Source: Octopus vulgaris
Taxonomy: Eukaryota
Reading direction: 5' to 3'
DNA: 64,000 nucleotides
NCBI GenBank assembly: GCA_951406725.2
Contig: OX597815.1
Span: 64,356,001 to 64,420,000, forward strand
Below the pieces are notes generated by a model that was given only the letters and a program-made list of their open reading frames with translations, had not been told where the DNA came from and ran no database searches. Positions within the stretch are counted from its first letter, which is position 1; every line of letters begins with the position of its first letter. The translations under genes were made by a program, and so were the position numbers. This document shows, piece after piece, positions 14,363 to 31,582 of the stretch.

Positions 14363-14524
14363 AATATACAGGCTGAGATAGGCAATTGAGAAAGAAGGTG
14401 AAATCAAAGATATAGAAGCAAATATGTGTGTGCACATATAGATATACATATGTATATATGTATTCATATATGTCTGTATATACACATGCCTATACATATA
14501 TATGTGTATGTGTGTGTGTACCCA

Positions 14525-14561
<37 letters not shown>

Positions 14562-14585
14562 TTATATGCATACATACATAGATAT

Positions 14586-14646
<61 letters not shown>

Positions 14647-14944
14647 TCTGTGTAGGTATGTATATACATATACATCTACACACACACACATATATATATA
14701 TACACACACGCACGTATATATATATAAATGCTTCTAAAGATACATATCTACACAAAGACATGCATACATGCACACTTGCCTACATACCTACCAACCTACA
14801 TACATGCATACATGCATACATGCATACATACATACATTCATACATACATACATTCATACATACATACATACATACATACATACACACACACATACATACA
14901 TACATACATACATACATACATACATACATACATACATACATACA

Positions 14945-14976
<32 letters not shown>

Positions 14977-15754
14977 GGGAGAGATGCGTGATGGGAAACA
15001 GAGAGGGGAGGTGGGAATGTGTATGAAAATGAACACGGAAATGAGATAAACCTACAGAAAGGAACAAGAAGAGTTAAAGAGAAAGTAAAGAAGACACAGA
15101 GTGGAGGAGGTGGAAGAGAAGAAGAGCATGATAGACATATGCACAGAGAGAAACAATGGTGGAGAAGAAAGAGGCAGAGAAGCAGAGGATTAATAAAGAG
15201 GGAGGATGGAGAGGAATGAGAGATAAGCAAGGGAGATAAGAAAATGTGTGACTAGAAACTAAAATGAAGCGAAACAGCAAAGATAGATGGGAAACAAATG
15301 AGAGGGAAAGATTTGAATATAGAGAGACTGAGATATATAGAGGATGGGAAAATGGAAGTAGATAGAGAGGGGCGTAGAGAGAGGACGTGGAAAGAAAAGG
15401 AAAGAAGAAATGAAAGAACTAAAAAGAAAAAAAGAATGTTAAAGATTCAGTTCCATACACGCAAACACATACACACACATACGTATGTGCAAACAAACTG
15501 ACACACACGAGCACATGTACACACACACACACGCACTCACATACATGTGTGTGTATGTGTGTGAGTGTGGAAGCATGCGTGCGTGCGTGCGTGTAGAGGG
15601 TGTGCGCGCATGTATGTGTGTGTGTATTCTATATAGAAATAATAATTAAGTTTAATTAAGATATACAAATTGCTTCGAATATATTAATTGAAAAAATAAT
15701 AACCTGTATCCCAACCACAATATAAAAGTGTAGTGTCTATGTATGTATAATTAT

Positions 15755-15791
<37 letters not shown>

Positions 15792-15803
15792 TGTATGTAT
15801 GTA

Positions 15804-15862
<59 letters not shown>

Positions 15863-16224
15863 CTGTGTCTGTGTGTGTGTGTGTATATATGCATATGTAA
15901 TGTGCATGTCTGTAGGAGTCTTGTATGATTGTACACTTGTGTTCGGGGCTGTATGTGTATGCCTGTGCATTTGCATATTTGTACGAATGTATGTTTGTAT
16001 GTATGTATGTGTATGTATGTGTGTATGTATGTATGTATGTATGTATGTATGCATGTATGTGTGTATGTATCTATGTATGTATGCATGCATGTATGTATGT
16101 ACATATGTATGTATAAATCTGTATATGTATATAAGTATATGCATATGCATTTCTGAATATATGTGTATATGTATATACTTGTATTAATGTAAATGTGCAT
16201 GTAATTACGTATGCGTACATATAG

Positions 16225-16682
16225 AGACTTGGAAATGGCTTGCTAGAACAAGTGCAATCAGTCGAAAACTCGGCGGACCGGATGCCAGAAAGTTTCAGCA
16301 GTCATCAGGATAGAAAGTGCAAAGTCGTTTCGAGGCCATCCGCTCGACAGCTTAACAGCGCACTCTACCGCCACCCTACCAACACTCACTAATATTAGGG
16401 CTCCACCTACTGGGTCAACTGACTAATGTTCGACTTCAATCAAGTTCATTTCGGGATCATCACTTCTCCAGCCAAGTTACATCATTCCATTTCAGCCATA
16501 CCCAATGGCTGGCCCTCTCACTTGTCACCTTGATTTCCTTTAAGATGGTGTTTACTTGCCGATTTAGGATGCCGATTGATAGGAGCCACCGTCCTCGTCT
16601 GGTTCCTATAAAACCCCTACATCCATCTTTTACAGGAAAGTGTACCGTATTCCAACCAGCATCTATACAGTCTTCCATATAA
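16225..16682 (-). mobile_element. HERO-like (restriction-like endonuclease) LINE: C-terminus and 3' UTR
   Basis: ORF 16460-16678: CIDAGWNTVHFPVKDGCRGF...ERASHWVWLK matches the CxxxGW...P(V/I)EVGCRGF...ASxWxWxK end of HERO-type ORFs. Confidence 0.7.
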
Positions 16683-17084
16683 GGGAATGTGTATAGATGT
16701 ATCCATGTATATAAATATGTATGTGTATATGTATATATGTATAAATGTATCTATGTATGAATAAAGGAATGAATGAATATTTACTTTTCCTATGTATTTT
16801 AATTCTTCTCACAAGAAAAGGAGCTAGATTCTAAGAGACAAAATCGCCATCACTAGACTTAGGATAACAACAACGATAAATGTTACATATCAGATTTTTA
16901 GACAGTCTTGCATTTTTTTTACTGTTCTACTTATAGACTGTAAACTACATCCGGTAGTGGGACCCTGGAGCCCTGGCATCAGGGTTTAAGGAGTGTGGAA
17001 CAACCTCTTAGCCACTTTCATTCCCAAGTCTACTCTGGCCTGTAGTGGTAGCATCTGTAAGGGTCCCAGCTATGGGTTGACTAG

Positions 17085-18045
17085 CAAAACCTCACTGCGA
17101 CTGGGGAGGAGACCGGTAGAATACAGTCACCGTATTTCCTACGTGGTGTAAGAGGCGACTAAAAGTGGCGAGAGAGAAGGGACTGGGAATCCTCTCCTCC
17201 TAAAAAGAAGAGGGGTGGGAGAAGGTTAACACCTAATCTCATCCTAGTACTAGGGTCATGGAAAGTGCGTGGGTGTAGTACAACTGAAGTAAAGAGGAGA
17301 GAGATTGGAAGTGTTATGAGGAGAATGTTTGATGTGCTTGCACTGAGCGAGACTAAGATGAAAAGTAAGGGAGAGTACTAGTTTGGTGATGTGACTGGAC
17401 GAGTATCGAGAATAGGAGGGCTCGTGAGGGAGTGGCATTGCTGGTGAGTGAGCGTGCGAAAGGAAGCGGCTAGATGTGTTTGAGATGAGATGTTTGAGGG
17501 CTATGGGTGGTGTGACACAGATGGACAGGATGAGGAATGAGGAGGTGCAAAGGCGAGCAGGAATGAAAGAAAGACTAACAACCAAAATGGATAGACAAAT
17601 GTTGGGGTGGTTTGGCTACATGGAGAGGATGGATGAGGAGCAGATATTAAGGTGGGTGATTAAGGCAGAAGTGGTAGGCAGCAGAACCAGAGGCAGACCT
17701 TGGTTTGTGTGGATGGATGGCGTGAGGAAAGCTTTGGTGGTTAGAGATGTTGAAGTGAGAGAAGAAAGAGAGTTTATAAATGATAGGAAAGCTTGGAAAT
17801 TGTTTATAGACGGATGAGTGAATTTGATGTTGCCCAAACGGATAGGGAGGCAACATGATGCGGTAGAGGTAAACCAGCATATGCAGTCGGGCCCTGCTGC
17901 TAATATTGGGGTTTGTGTTCTATGCCTTAACCCGAGCAAAGAACGGAGCTCACCTCTTTGAACTGGGAAATAAATGGAATGCCTGGTGTGTGTCTTGTGG
18001 CTACCCACTCCTAAAAAAATGGGGAATAGGCTGGGTATATGAAAT
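17085..18045 (+). mobile_element. Internally deleted RTE-clade LINE (5' UTR + AP-endonuclease N-terminus fused to post-RT C-terminus + 3' UTR)
   Basis: 17253-17452: GSWKVRG...FDVLALSETKMK...REGVALLVSE (APE start). From ~17458: ERKRLDVFEMRCLR...RMRNEEV...WFGYMERM...RGRP..W.DGV...DRKAWK. Confidence 0.85.
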
Positions 18046-18744
18046 ACTTATAGACTGTATTTGTTATAAAGAATACAGAAGTTTATTGTTATTTTTGCTA
18101 AACAAAATTTTATATTTTTCATTCATAAAAAGCAAATACTCTCGTTACTATGAATGGCAAAGCGTTGAGAGAGTTTTGAATATTATTATTCTTGGTGTAG
18201 TTGTTGCAGCAGTTAAAGTGTGGTTATCTACTTGCCGTACTACTGACTTCTATTGACTTTCGTCCTTTGAATGTTCATTGCCATTGTGTTGTCAGCTGCT
18301 GTTCGCTCTCTCTGTTGGCCATCTCGTATGGTGTCTATCAATGCTCTCTATATGCATTTTCCCAATGCTCTCAAGTAGCCAAGGTGTGCCGAGTTAATAC
18401 TGATGGTTAAGGTCAAAAGGGAGTGCGCCAAATTTGAAATTGTCGCTGGAGCCTATTTCCACGCAAAACCGTTAGTGGTTAGAGAATTTTATCACTTGGG
18501 TAATATTCTATCGAATTGCAATATTGGGTGTAGTGATCTGATAGATGAATTTTCTTGCTACATATCTATAAACTTTGTGTTAGTTGGTGTAACTTTAGAT
18601 TTTCCAATTTGCAGTTTAGATATTTACTAACATAACTGAGTGCAATTACACATCCACAGAAAATTTCACTGTATGTTTTATGTAATCGGATGAAATCAAT
18701 AGTAAATATGACGTTAACAGAGAAAATTCCAAGCGAGGAGGGCT

Positions 18745-18910
18745 TTGTCGATACCATTGACCCTAGTACTTGGTTATTTCTTTCATTCATCGACCTTCAC
18801 GGGATAAAAGGTGAAATTGGCCTCATCTGAATTTGAACTCAGAACATAAAGAGCCGGAACTAATACTGTATGTCATGCGTATCAACAATTTAGCAATTCT
18901 GTCAGTTTGT
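18745..18910 (-). mobile_element. Degenerate SINE family B copy
   Basis: GGATAAAAGGTGAAATTGGCCTCATCTGAATTTGAACTCAGAAC similar to 47630-47680. Confidence 0.65.
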
Positions 18911-19488
18911 TACTAGAGTCTACAGCACAGTTGATAACAACACTAGATCGCTGTTCAATCTCGATAAATCGATAAGCTATGAAATCTTAGATCAAAATGT
19001 ATTTCTACCTTGACACAACATAGATAGGTTGCTAAAAAAGAAAAAGCTCCTCACAATAATTGTCCATTATTTTGTAGAAATTATTTATCACTTTTTTCTA
19101 TGTATCACAACGCTTGTCAGATGATAAAGATGTGAATGGATTACATTAGGCTGAAGTGATCAAATAGGGAAAAATATGACCCAAGTTACCTCTCTTGTTT
19201 GTAAACAAAGTCCGAGTTTCTATAAGCTTATAAATAAACCTTGAGAGATTAACATTCCATTTATTATGAAATTATCATGCATTTCAATGACAAACTCCAG
19301 GAAATGCCGTTAGGATTTTGTTTTCCTCGTCAATTTGGAAGGAAAATTTCATTTAAGATTACATTTTCCTTTTTTCGCGTCGCAACTTGAGGTATAGATA
19401 CATATACTTGTATAAAAGTATACCTCCTCAGATAAACAATCACAAACGTGCATACACAGATATATACAGTTATATCTACATGTGTACA

Positions 19489-19550
<62 letters not shown>

Positions 19551-19634
19551 CATGCATACATTTATATGTACATGTCCATATATATATATCACATATTTAT
19601 ATATATATATCATATATATGCATATATAAATATG

Positions 19635-19665
<31 letters not shown>

Positions 19666-19833
19666 CATGCACGCACACATTCGAACACACATGCATATAC
19701 CCATACGCATGTACATATATGCACACATGTATACATACAGTCATATAAATACAAACATTAATTTATACATATATACATATGCACACACAAGCATACAAAC
19801 AAACATACATACATACATACATACATACATACA

Positions 19834-19869
<36 letters not shown>

Positions 19870-19931
19870 TATATAAATACATATATACATGCGTATATAC
19901 ATTCACACATACAGACATGCATATATATGCA

Positions 19932-19968
<37 letters not shown>

Positions 19969-19969
19969 G

Positions 19970-20013
<44 letters not shown>

Positions 20014-20553
20014 GATGCATGCATACATGCATACATACATTATATATACATCCATATCTGCGTCCATAGATATCAATTATAAACAACGGCTCATTGTAGC
20101 CTTGAGCAATTCTCAGCTTCAGTACATTTCGCTTGATTCCACCCCAGAGAATTTTTTCCCATTTCCCACGAGAAATCGGTCAGTACAGAAATATATCACG
20201 ATTTATTTTCCTTATTAATGCTTAAGTAAATCTTAAGTAAACATCCTCACACCTCACTCATATACTCTAACAGCTTCGATATCCTTCATTCTGACCCGCT
20301 TCCTTCTTCTTTTCCCTCTTTCTATCTCTCTCTCTTTCTTTCTCTTTCTTTCTCTTTCTCTCTATCCCCTCTATCCCCCTCCCTCTATCCCTCTTTCTTT
20401 CTAGCTCACTGTTTGCCTCTATGTTTCTATCTTTTTTTTCTCGTGAACTTTCTCAATTATATACATCCACAAACATCATTTTATACACGTACGCACGCAC
20501 ATACACACGCATATACATACATACATACATACATACATACATACATACATACA

Positions 20554-20589
<36 letters not shown>

Positions 20590-20807
20590 TGTATGTGTAT
20601 GTATGCATATGTATGTATATGTGTATGTATGTATAGATAGATATATAGATAGATATGTACGAATGAGTGTATATATATATATATATATATACGTACATGA
20701 TATATAAACTATACCTATATAATCTATCTATCTATCTTTCAATATAACTCATCTATCTAGCTATATTTCTTTATTCATCATCTGTCTCTCTTCTCTTCAT
20801 CTTTCTC

Positions 20808-20848
<41 letters not shown>

Positions 20849-20938
20849 GTGTGTGTATACATACATACATACATATATATATGAAATATACATCTTTACA
20901 TAAATCGATCCTATTTTCTTGTTTTCTATCTATCTATC

Positions 20939-20983
<45 letters not shown>

Positions 20984-21736
20984 ATACAAATATACAAATA
21001 TATCATAAGATATGCTCATTTGTAAAAACAAGATGTCCATATATTATATATATATACGCATACATATAGCCATGTATACAAATACACAAGTACACACATA
21101 CACACATACACACACACACATGCATACTCGCAGACACACGCATGTAGTTATATATTTTGTATATGTGTCTCTGTGTGTGCCGCGTGTTTCAGTGCATTTA
21201 AGCATGTATATGAAATATATGCATATGGATTCATATAACAAAGGGAGAAGCGGTTAGAAAAATAACCATGAGCGAATACAAAGGAAAAAAGACAAGAAAA
21301 ATAGAAGAGACACAGAGTGTAGCTTGAGAGAAACCGGAAAAAGAAAGGAGGTGGGTGTGAGGAAGAAAAGGTAACATAAGAAAGGGAAGAGGATAGTGAA
21401 AGCGTAACTGAGATGTACTTGGAATGCTTATCAATATATACACGCACTTGTTCTCACCAGTCCGTTGGTGCAAAAAGATACATGCGTTTATACACACATT
21501 GGTATATTCGTATATACATATATATATATACATACATGCATACATAGTCACACACACATGTACACTTACACATACATAGGAATATATACGTGCACATATC
21601 CATCCCAACTACCTATACACGCATTATATTATTCCATTCATATTCACACACATACACAACTATACAGTTACAATTATATATACATGTATATTCACAGACA
21701 TACGGTATTTGTATATGTGTGTTAATGGTGTGTGTA

Positions 21737-21776
<40 letters not shown>

Positions 21777-23179
21777 TATACGTGTATACGCAGATTCAAA
21801 CATACATATACATGAACCAAGCAATAGTAACCAAGCTGCCATCTTGTAGTGTCCGACCGAATCTGAGACGCTTAATTCTAAACCACCACGAACTTTCTGG
21901 AAGCTGACTCTCGGCTAATTAAACCTCTAAATCACAGACACGACCCATATTTCCTACTCTGCACAGCTCACTCACTATGCTAGACACAAATCTTAAATTA
22001 CTGAACTTTTTCCTTCAGAATCGTTTACTTGCCTTTTATTTCGTGCTGTCATAATCTTGAAGAATCAAGGAAATCTCAATTTTGAGTATCGCTTGGTAGT
22101 TGGGCGTCGGTAGAGTCTGTGTTGCTGGTTTATGAACATTCTTCATTTTGTTAACATTCTTCCAATTAGTCCAACTAGCAAATCTACCCATCTACGATGG
22201 AGACCTAAAATGAAGGAGGGAAGTAGTATGTATTGAGAAATGTGTAAATAGACTTGATAGATTACTGGGTGATGTCATTGAGAAATCACATTATTGTTAG
22301 TGCTACAGCATTATATTGCAGCTATATGACATGTGTTTGCGACTAAGTGACATGTGATGACGATTCACTCCCAAACTGAAATAGGCTCCTAGCTTCTATA
22401 TCATGAATGGTTATGTGGACCACTCCTAATGAAAGCCAGAGCTTCCTTCGACCACTACATAAAAAGTATTAAGAAAAAAATATTATTTACATTTACTTTT
22501 ATTTTAGTTGTTTACACTATTTTACGATTGTTTATATACTCTTATACATTCAAAGTTCACAAATTTCCTTATTTAGATTATGAATCATATTCCTTTCGAT
22601 AATATCAATATGATTACAAAATTTCTTTGAAAAACGATATTTTTTGTTTGGTCGACACTAATTTTGGTGTTTGCGTTCTCTGTATGCTCTTGTTGTTGTT
22701 GTTATTATTACTATCATCATCATCATCATCATCATCATTCGTGTTATTATCTCTGAACTAGGGTAGTTCTTAATTCCGTTTTTCTTGACTTAAAAGCAGG
22801 TAAAAAGAAATTATCGAAGCTTTCTCCTGTGTCTCAAGAGGTGAGACTTACCTTAAGATATCATCATTATCAGCAGCATCATTATTAGCCTAGGTCGAAG
22901 ATCATGGACAATTTCTAAAATCTTTAGCATGTCAATGTTACAGGTGGACATTACCTGTTCGAGGCAATCTCTTCAGGCATGGAAGCGCCAACAGCCGAAC
23001 CTTCCCAAGGTACATGCAGGATAGGGGTGACGAATTCGTCTTCTATGCAATTGTTTAGTGTCAATGCATCAGAGACTTGTGGGCTTGTGTTGAGGACTTG
23101 CTGTCTTGAGTAAGGCGAATCCAGCAGCTATCTCCTGAGCGTTCAGTGATGATCAACCTTCCTTTAGCAAGGAAGGTTG

Positions 23180-23210
<31 letters not shown>

Positions 23211-23462
23211 CCTTTGTGGAGTAGAGTTGAATCAAGATGTACCCAAGATGCTCCAGTACATGATTAGTAAAGTTAGTTTTCTCTATTATACTTATGTCTG
23301 TGTATATAGAATTGTATTATGTAATGCTGAGTACGCATATTGGTGTAAACATGTACTTATATATAAATTTGGGAATCGAAATTCATTATACATAAAAAAG
23401 GTTATGGAAATCATATGGAACTAATAAATCTATATTCACGTCTCATCTCTCGTGATTCTACT

Positions 23463-23508
<46 letters not shown>

Positions 23509-23789
23509 TGTTATCCATGTTTGGTTCATTAATTATGAATAAATCTAAAAAGGTTTAATCCGTGTCAATGTTCTGAAAATTCAAGAGTATTTATAAATAT
23601 ATTTAGAAAGTCGACTATATCAGTAGTTCTTTTAAATTGATTCGCTTGACTGCATAAAGACCCGAAATAATCATGGTAAGACGCAATTATTTTTGCACCA
23701 ACCAAATGCATCCAAACAAACATTTCAAATTGCACATGTTAGTTGAGCAATTCTTCTTCTTATTCCTTTTCCTTGCAGGCCAATAATAG

Positions 23790-24030
23790 ATTCCAAGGAG
23801 AAGCAACGTGACTTCATTGATTTTTTAATGAAATAGGGAGTACAGGCTCTTTAAACATCCAAAGAATGCTACAGAATGTGTTGCAGAGATGACATAATTG
23901 CTCATATATGGATGAAGTAGTTTAAAGAGCAAATCAGCATTGAAGAGAGACCAAGCAATGAGAGGCCATCAATTGCGGCTGACAAAAATGCCAGTAAGTG
24001 GACGAATTAATTTGTTAGGACAAGTGAGTC
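23790..24030 (+). mobile_element. Highly decayed mariner transposase N-terminal (HTH) remnant
   Basis: Fragments KQRDFIDFL...IQRMLQNV...FK...SIEERPSNERPS...VDELI. Confidence 0.5.
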
Positions 24031-25959
24031 CGAGATCATTTAGCTCCAGTTGATTGTACCTGGCCTGGGGCCCCACTCCAATATCCTGGATCTCCAGTTA
24101 TAAGACAAAGACCAAATAATAGAGAGTTTATAATATATCCAGTTGAGTCCCTGGGGTGACCTGGTGTTTCAACTGACGTTTTCCGACAAATGCAGCAAAA
24201 CTGTTGGCAATACAACTTTGTAAATCTTTTGGGCACTGCCAACAGAGAGGATTTGGTAACAGCGTAACCCAGGTTTTCCACAGACCCAACCCAGTCTCGC
24301 ACCATGGAGAGATTACTTCAGTGCTAAAGTATAAAACACCACCACCAACAACAAGAACAACAGCATCGAACAGAGTGTGCATTCTCCTGTATTACGTGGT
24401 AACTAAAATTGTAATTGACTAGTGTACAATATCCATTGTCTTTCGAGTCATCTATTACGCAACTTTTAGCGTCATCTATAACGAAATGCTGTTTCGCTCA
24501 CCAGAGTGAACCACTTTGATCTTCCTCTTCATTACTGATCGAGTAAATTCGGCACGAGACCATTTAAAACTCATGGAGTTTCATAATTTCACATTGAATA
24601 TGTGACGATTGTTTGGAGAAGACTCTTGTTAGATTAATTTTAACGGGGCTAAAAACAAACCTTTAGCCCTGGTTGTGGATCCCAAAGTCAACTTTAGCAA
24701 ACGAATGCTTATTAAAAACAAAAATGCCAAAAGTGAAGTGTTAATATCAGTCAGGAAGTACAAGAAAATGTATATGATATTACAGGTGTCTTTTCATCTG
24801 AATTTCAGTTCTCAACATTTCTGGAATGGTGCGGTCAATTCTGCTAAAGACATCGATATCATATCATCTTTCTTTTGTCGATCACCTTAGGACGCGCACA
24901 GCTAATTCTGACATTAAAATTTCTGGACCACTTGTGTCAAAAAACTCTTTTAGATAAGTTCTTCGAACGCTTAAATCGATTTTAAGTTCGGCAGCGGTAA
25001 CTGATCAAATGCCGCAGAGAGAATGGAAATGCTTAGTTGGTCCTTTGAGGATATACATAACTTGAAACAAAATCTATTTTTTTAACACTTTAAGCATATA
25101 AACACGGGGTGACAATCGACTGTTATCGTAGAAATTCTTGCAGAAATAGCACCTTTGACGAAACATTGCCGTACAAGAATCTGGTTTATTTTAGTATGTT
25201 GAAAATTCTTTTTTAACCATTTCGGTGGATGATTCTACATGACCTTCTACACGTAGAGTGAAGTCTTAGGAATAAGAACCTATCGTGGCCATTTCCAAGG
25301 TACGAGACTAATTTGCAGTTGAAGTGAGGGCTAGAATTTTGTCTGCTTGATATATGAGCAGACGAAATTGTTTATAAATGTGTTACGAACAATTTTGTGG
25401 TTGTAAGGATCAAACATGGCACTTTTGAAGTTGCAATGTTGACTGAGTTTTATCAAAAGACCACTTAGAAAAATGTGTTATGAACGGTGATCTTGTGTCA
25501 TTTGACCTCTTCATTTGGCGACTAAATTAAAGCATTTTTATACATTATTCTTGCGTCATCATAGCTAATGCGGGCAGAAATAATTTCAAAATTTTCTAGT
25601 GAGACGGAATTTGCATGAAAGATAAGTCTAAAGCTGCTGATTTCCTCGAATATAGATCATATTTCGTAAAGGCAAAAAAAAAAAGCAATACTTAAACGTA
25701 CGTCGGTTAGAACGTTAACTCTCTCTAATTATGTTTCATGTTCCAAACGTATGATAGCGACTATTGGAGAATTAAATTGAAGAAAGAATAACTGGACGCT
25801 CAGATCAGATTATAACAGGATTTTATTTCCTTCTCCTGCTAAAACTATAAGAGGTAGATACTTAAAGCGTATTTATAGCAGAGGCAGCTGCAGAATCTTG
25901 TGGAGATTCAGTTATTTCTAGTGCTGTTATAGTTTCACAGTCTCAAGGTGATGAGCAAG

Positions 25960-26160
25960 CAGACGCCTTAGGGTGCAGGTCAAAACGCTAAGTAGCATTT
26001 CTTCCGGTTCGTTACGTTCTGAGGTGAAATTCCACCGCGGTTAAGTTTACGTTCCGTGACTTCAGATTTGATAAGTGCGAGGTGAACACTAAGATCGATG
26101 CAATACATTGACCTCTCCTCCCACTAAAATTGCAGGCATTATGCCCAAACTTGAAATATT
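25960..26160 (+). mobile_element. Degenerate SINE family B copy
   Basis: ACGTTCTGAGGTGAAATTCCACCGCGGTTAAGTTTACG similar to the reverse complement of 47645-47680. Confidence 0.6.
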
Positions 26161-26371
26161 TGAAGTAATTATAGCTTTATAATATTCATATGATTTTAAA
26201 AACACGTGTACTAGAAACACTTATTCATGTACGGATAAACGTTTTCAATGTATGCCTTTGTTTACATTATATAACAGATATACATGCGATGTGCCTCGCT
26301 GAAATATATTCAAATATATTGAACATTTTAGTAAACATTGCCCGAAAATCCATTCTTACATTTGCAAAATA

Positions 26372-26425
<54 letters not shown>

Positions 26426-26779
26426 GTATGTGTGTGTGTGTGTGTGTGTAAGTGTCAGTGGGTGTACGTGCATGTATGCGTATAACTATGTGTGCGAGTG
26501 TGTCAATGTCTGAGTGTGTATGTGCGTGTGAAGAAAGAGAGAATTATAACTAAGGGTATGTTCCTGGTGATATGTTTAAAAACATGTTTTTAGCATGACT
26601 ATGAAAGATCGGCCCCGTGGTTAATTCACAGGGTACGGTGACCCAAAGAGCAAACACACATACGCACACCCACACACTCGCACGCACGAACACACACACA
26701 TCACCCCATCCAGCCCTACACATATGCATATATTTGTATGGAAGGATCAGATGCGAAAGATTAAGATACGTGGTATGCA

Positions 26780-26838
<59 letters not shown>

Positions 26839-26938
26839 TACTCACATGTATATCCATACGTATATATATATAGAGAGAGAGAGGGGGAGAACAAAGGGTA
26901 GATGAGGGAGGGTGATAGATAAATAAATAGATAGATAA

Positions 26939-27021
<83 letters not shown>

Positions 27022-27762
27022 CTCAGAAAATCTAAACATGATATAAATACCTAAGTGAGATGATAGCAGATAAACGCACATACATGTCTAGATATATACA
27101 CCAGTAAAAATATGTATTCATACACACACACACACACACACACAATACACACAAACTCACGCACAAACACACACACACATATATATATATATTTATATCT
27201 ATATTTATATATTCTAATATATATATATATATATATATCATATTCTAACATACATACATACATACATACATACATACATACATACATACATACATACATA
27301 CATACATACATACATTTGGTTCCCTACGAAAACAAAATACAAAATGAAACTCATTTGTAGATAGACACAATGATGCGTAAATTCACATACGCCAATGCAC
27401 ATACATCCGTAGAGTCCCCCACTTTCTCATTATCTACTCCACACACAGACACAAACACACATACACACTCGCATATACACACACACATACCGACGCACAT
27501 GCATAGACAAACACACACATGCACACACCTCAAACTCATCGACCTACCCTCACTATCCCAGCTGCAGTGGTCTTCGATCACCGACTTATATTGATCTACA
27601 AAGACAAAAGACCAAGCGACAAACACAAGTACACACACATATATATATACATACATACATACTAAAGTTCAAACACGAACACATACACACATATTACGAC
27701 AACCCATATTACTCCCGCATATTACACTTCGTAATCCACACACGCACTCACTTATATGTGTA

Positions 27763-27834
<72 letters not shown>

Positions 27835-27916
27835 CATGTACAAACGCACACATGCACACGTACTCATATACACCCATACACACATAACAGCCACCGCCAC
27901 CCATATCTACGTCTCG

Positions 27917-29612
<1,696 letters not shown>

Positions 29613-29656
29613 GGCTCTACACACCGGATTAACAAGTCAATCGATTTTTCCGCCAT
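29613..29656 (-). CDS. Candidate first coding exon MAEKSIDLLIRCVE(P), product unknown
   Basis: CAAA-ATG-GCG start context, 14 open codons + 2 nt, then consensus donor GTAAGT; no homology recognised. Confidence 0.3.
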
Positions 29657-30119
29657 TTTGTTTTTTCTGTATTTCTTGTTTGTTGTTTATATTTTTATCA
29701 TCTCATTTTGTTTTTGTTTTTCAGTTTTTTCATCCATTTTTTTTATTTATTTTTATTTGCTTTTATCTTTTTCCGTCTTTTCATTCGTATTCTTTCTGCT
29801 GTTTATATTTTTTTCCTTTTTTGTAGATAATTTCTTTATTTTGCTGTTGTTTTTCCAATGTGCTTTATATTTTTATTTACCCTTCATTTATATTTTAATT
29901 CATTTCGCCGCTGCTGCCGTTGTTTATTACCGTGGTTGTTGTTGTTGTTAGTGGTGGTCGTAGTCGTCATCATCGTCGTCGTATTAATGAGTGTTTTTGT
30001 ATGTTTTTTGTTCATGTTGTTGTAGCTGCTGTTGATTGGTCTGCTTTATTATTGATATCATTATTATTAAACCATTCTTGTAATGTCCTCCTCATTCGCT
30101 GCCCTTGTGACAAATAAGG

Positions 30120-31180
<1,061 letters not shown>

Positions 31181-31542
31181 ATTATTGCTAATGCTTGTCC
31201 TGCTCATTCTTGTTTTTCCGTTTTTCTTATATATTATTTAGATTTTGTTCATTTTTCTATTTGACTTTTGGGGCGGTGGTTTGCAGCAATTGTCAATATT
31301 TCAACGCGGTTTCCAGTTTCACCGACAACACCCACCACACACACACAAACACACCACCGCCACCATCAACAGCACTACCATCACCGTTACTGTCAACATC
31401 ACCAGCATCAGTATGTGCGACTTCATTCTATATTATTATCGATACTACTATACATGTTAGTCACAAATCTTGCTCGAAATATCATAAAACACCACTACTA
31501 AGATCGCTATCTAATGACAGCCACTACAGGGACCTTCGGAAA

Positions 31543-31582
<40 letters not shown>

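Noticed and set aside
21660-21842. ORF beginning MAAWLLLLGSC, like a signal peptide
   Set aside because: Runs straight into microsatellite with no good donor; the ATG is part of the YY1-like motif.
22940-23170. GC-richer island with CTGAAGAG...CTCGAAC on the minus strand (possible LINE end or hammerhead)
   Set aside because: Core lacks an A, stems are unconvincing and no protein motif is confidently recognised.
24440-25560. Long unique-looking segment that might be a decayed TE ORF
   Set aside because: No recognisable motif found in the frames examined; needs a database search.
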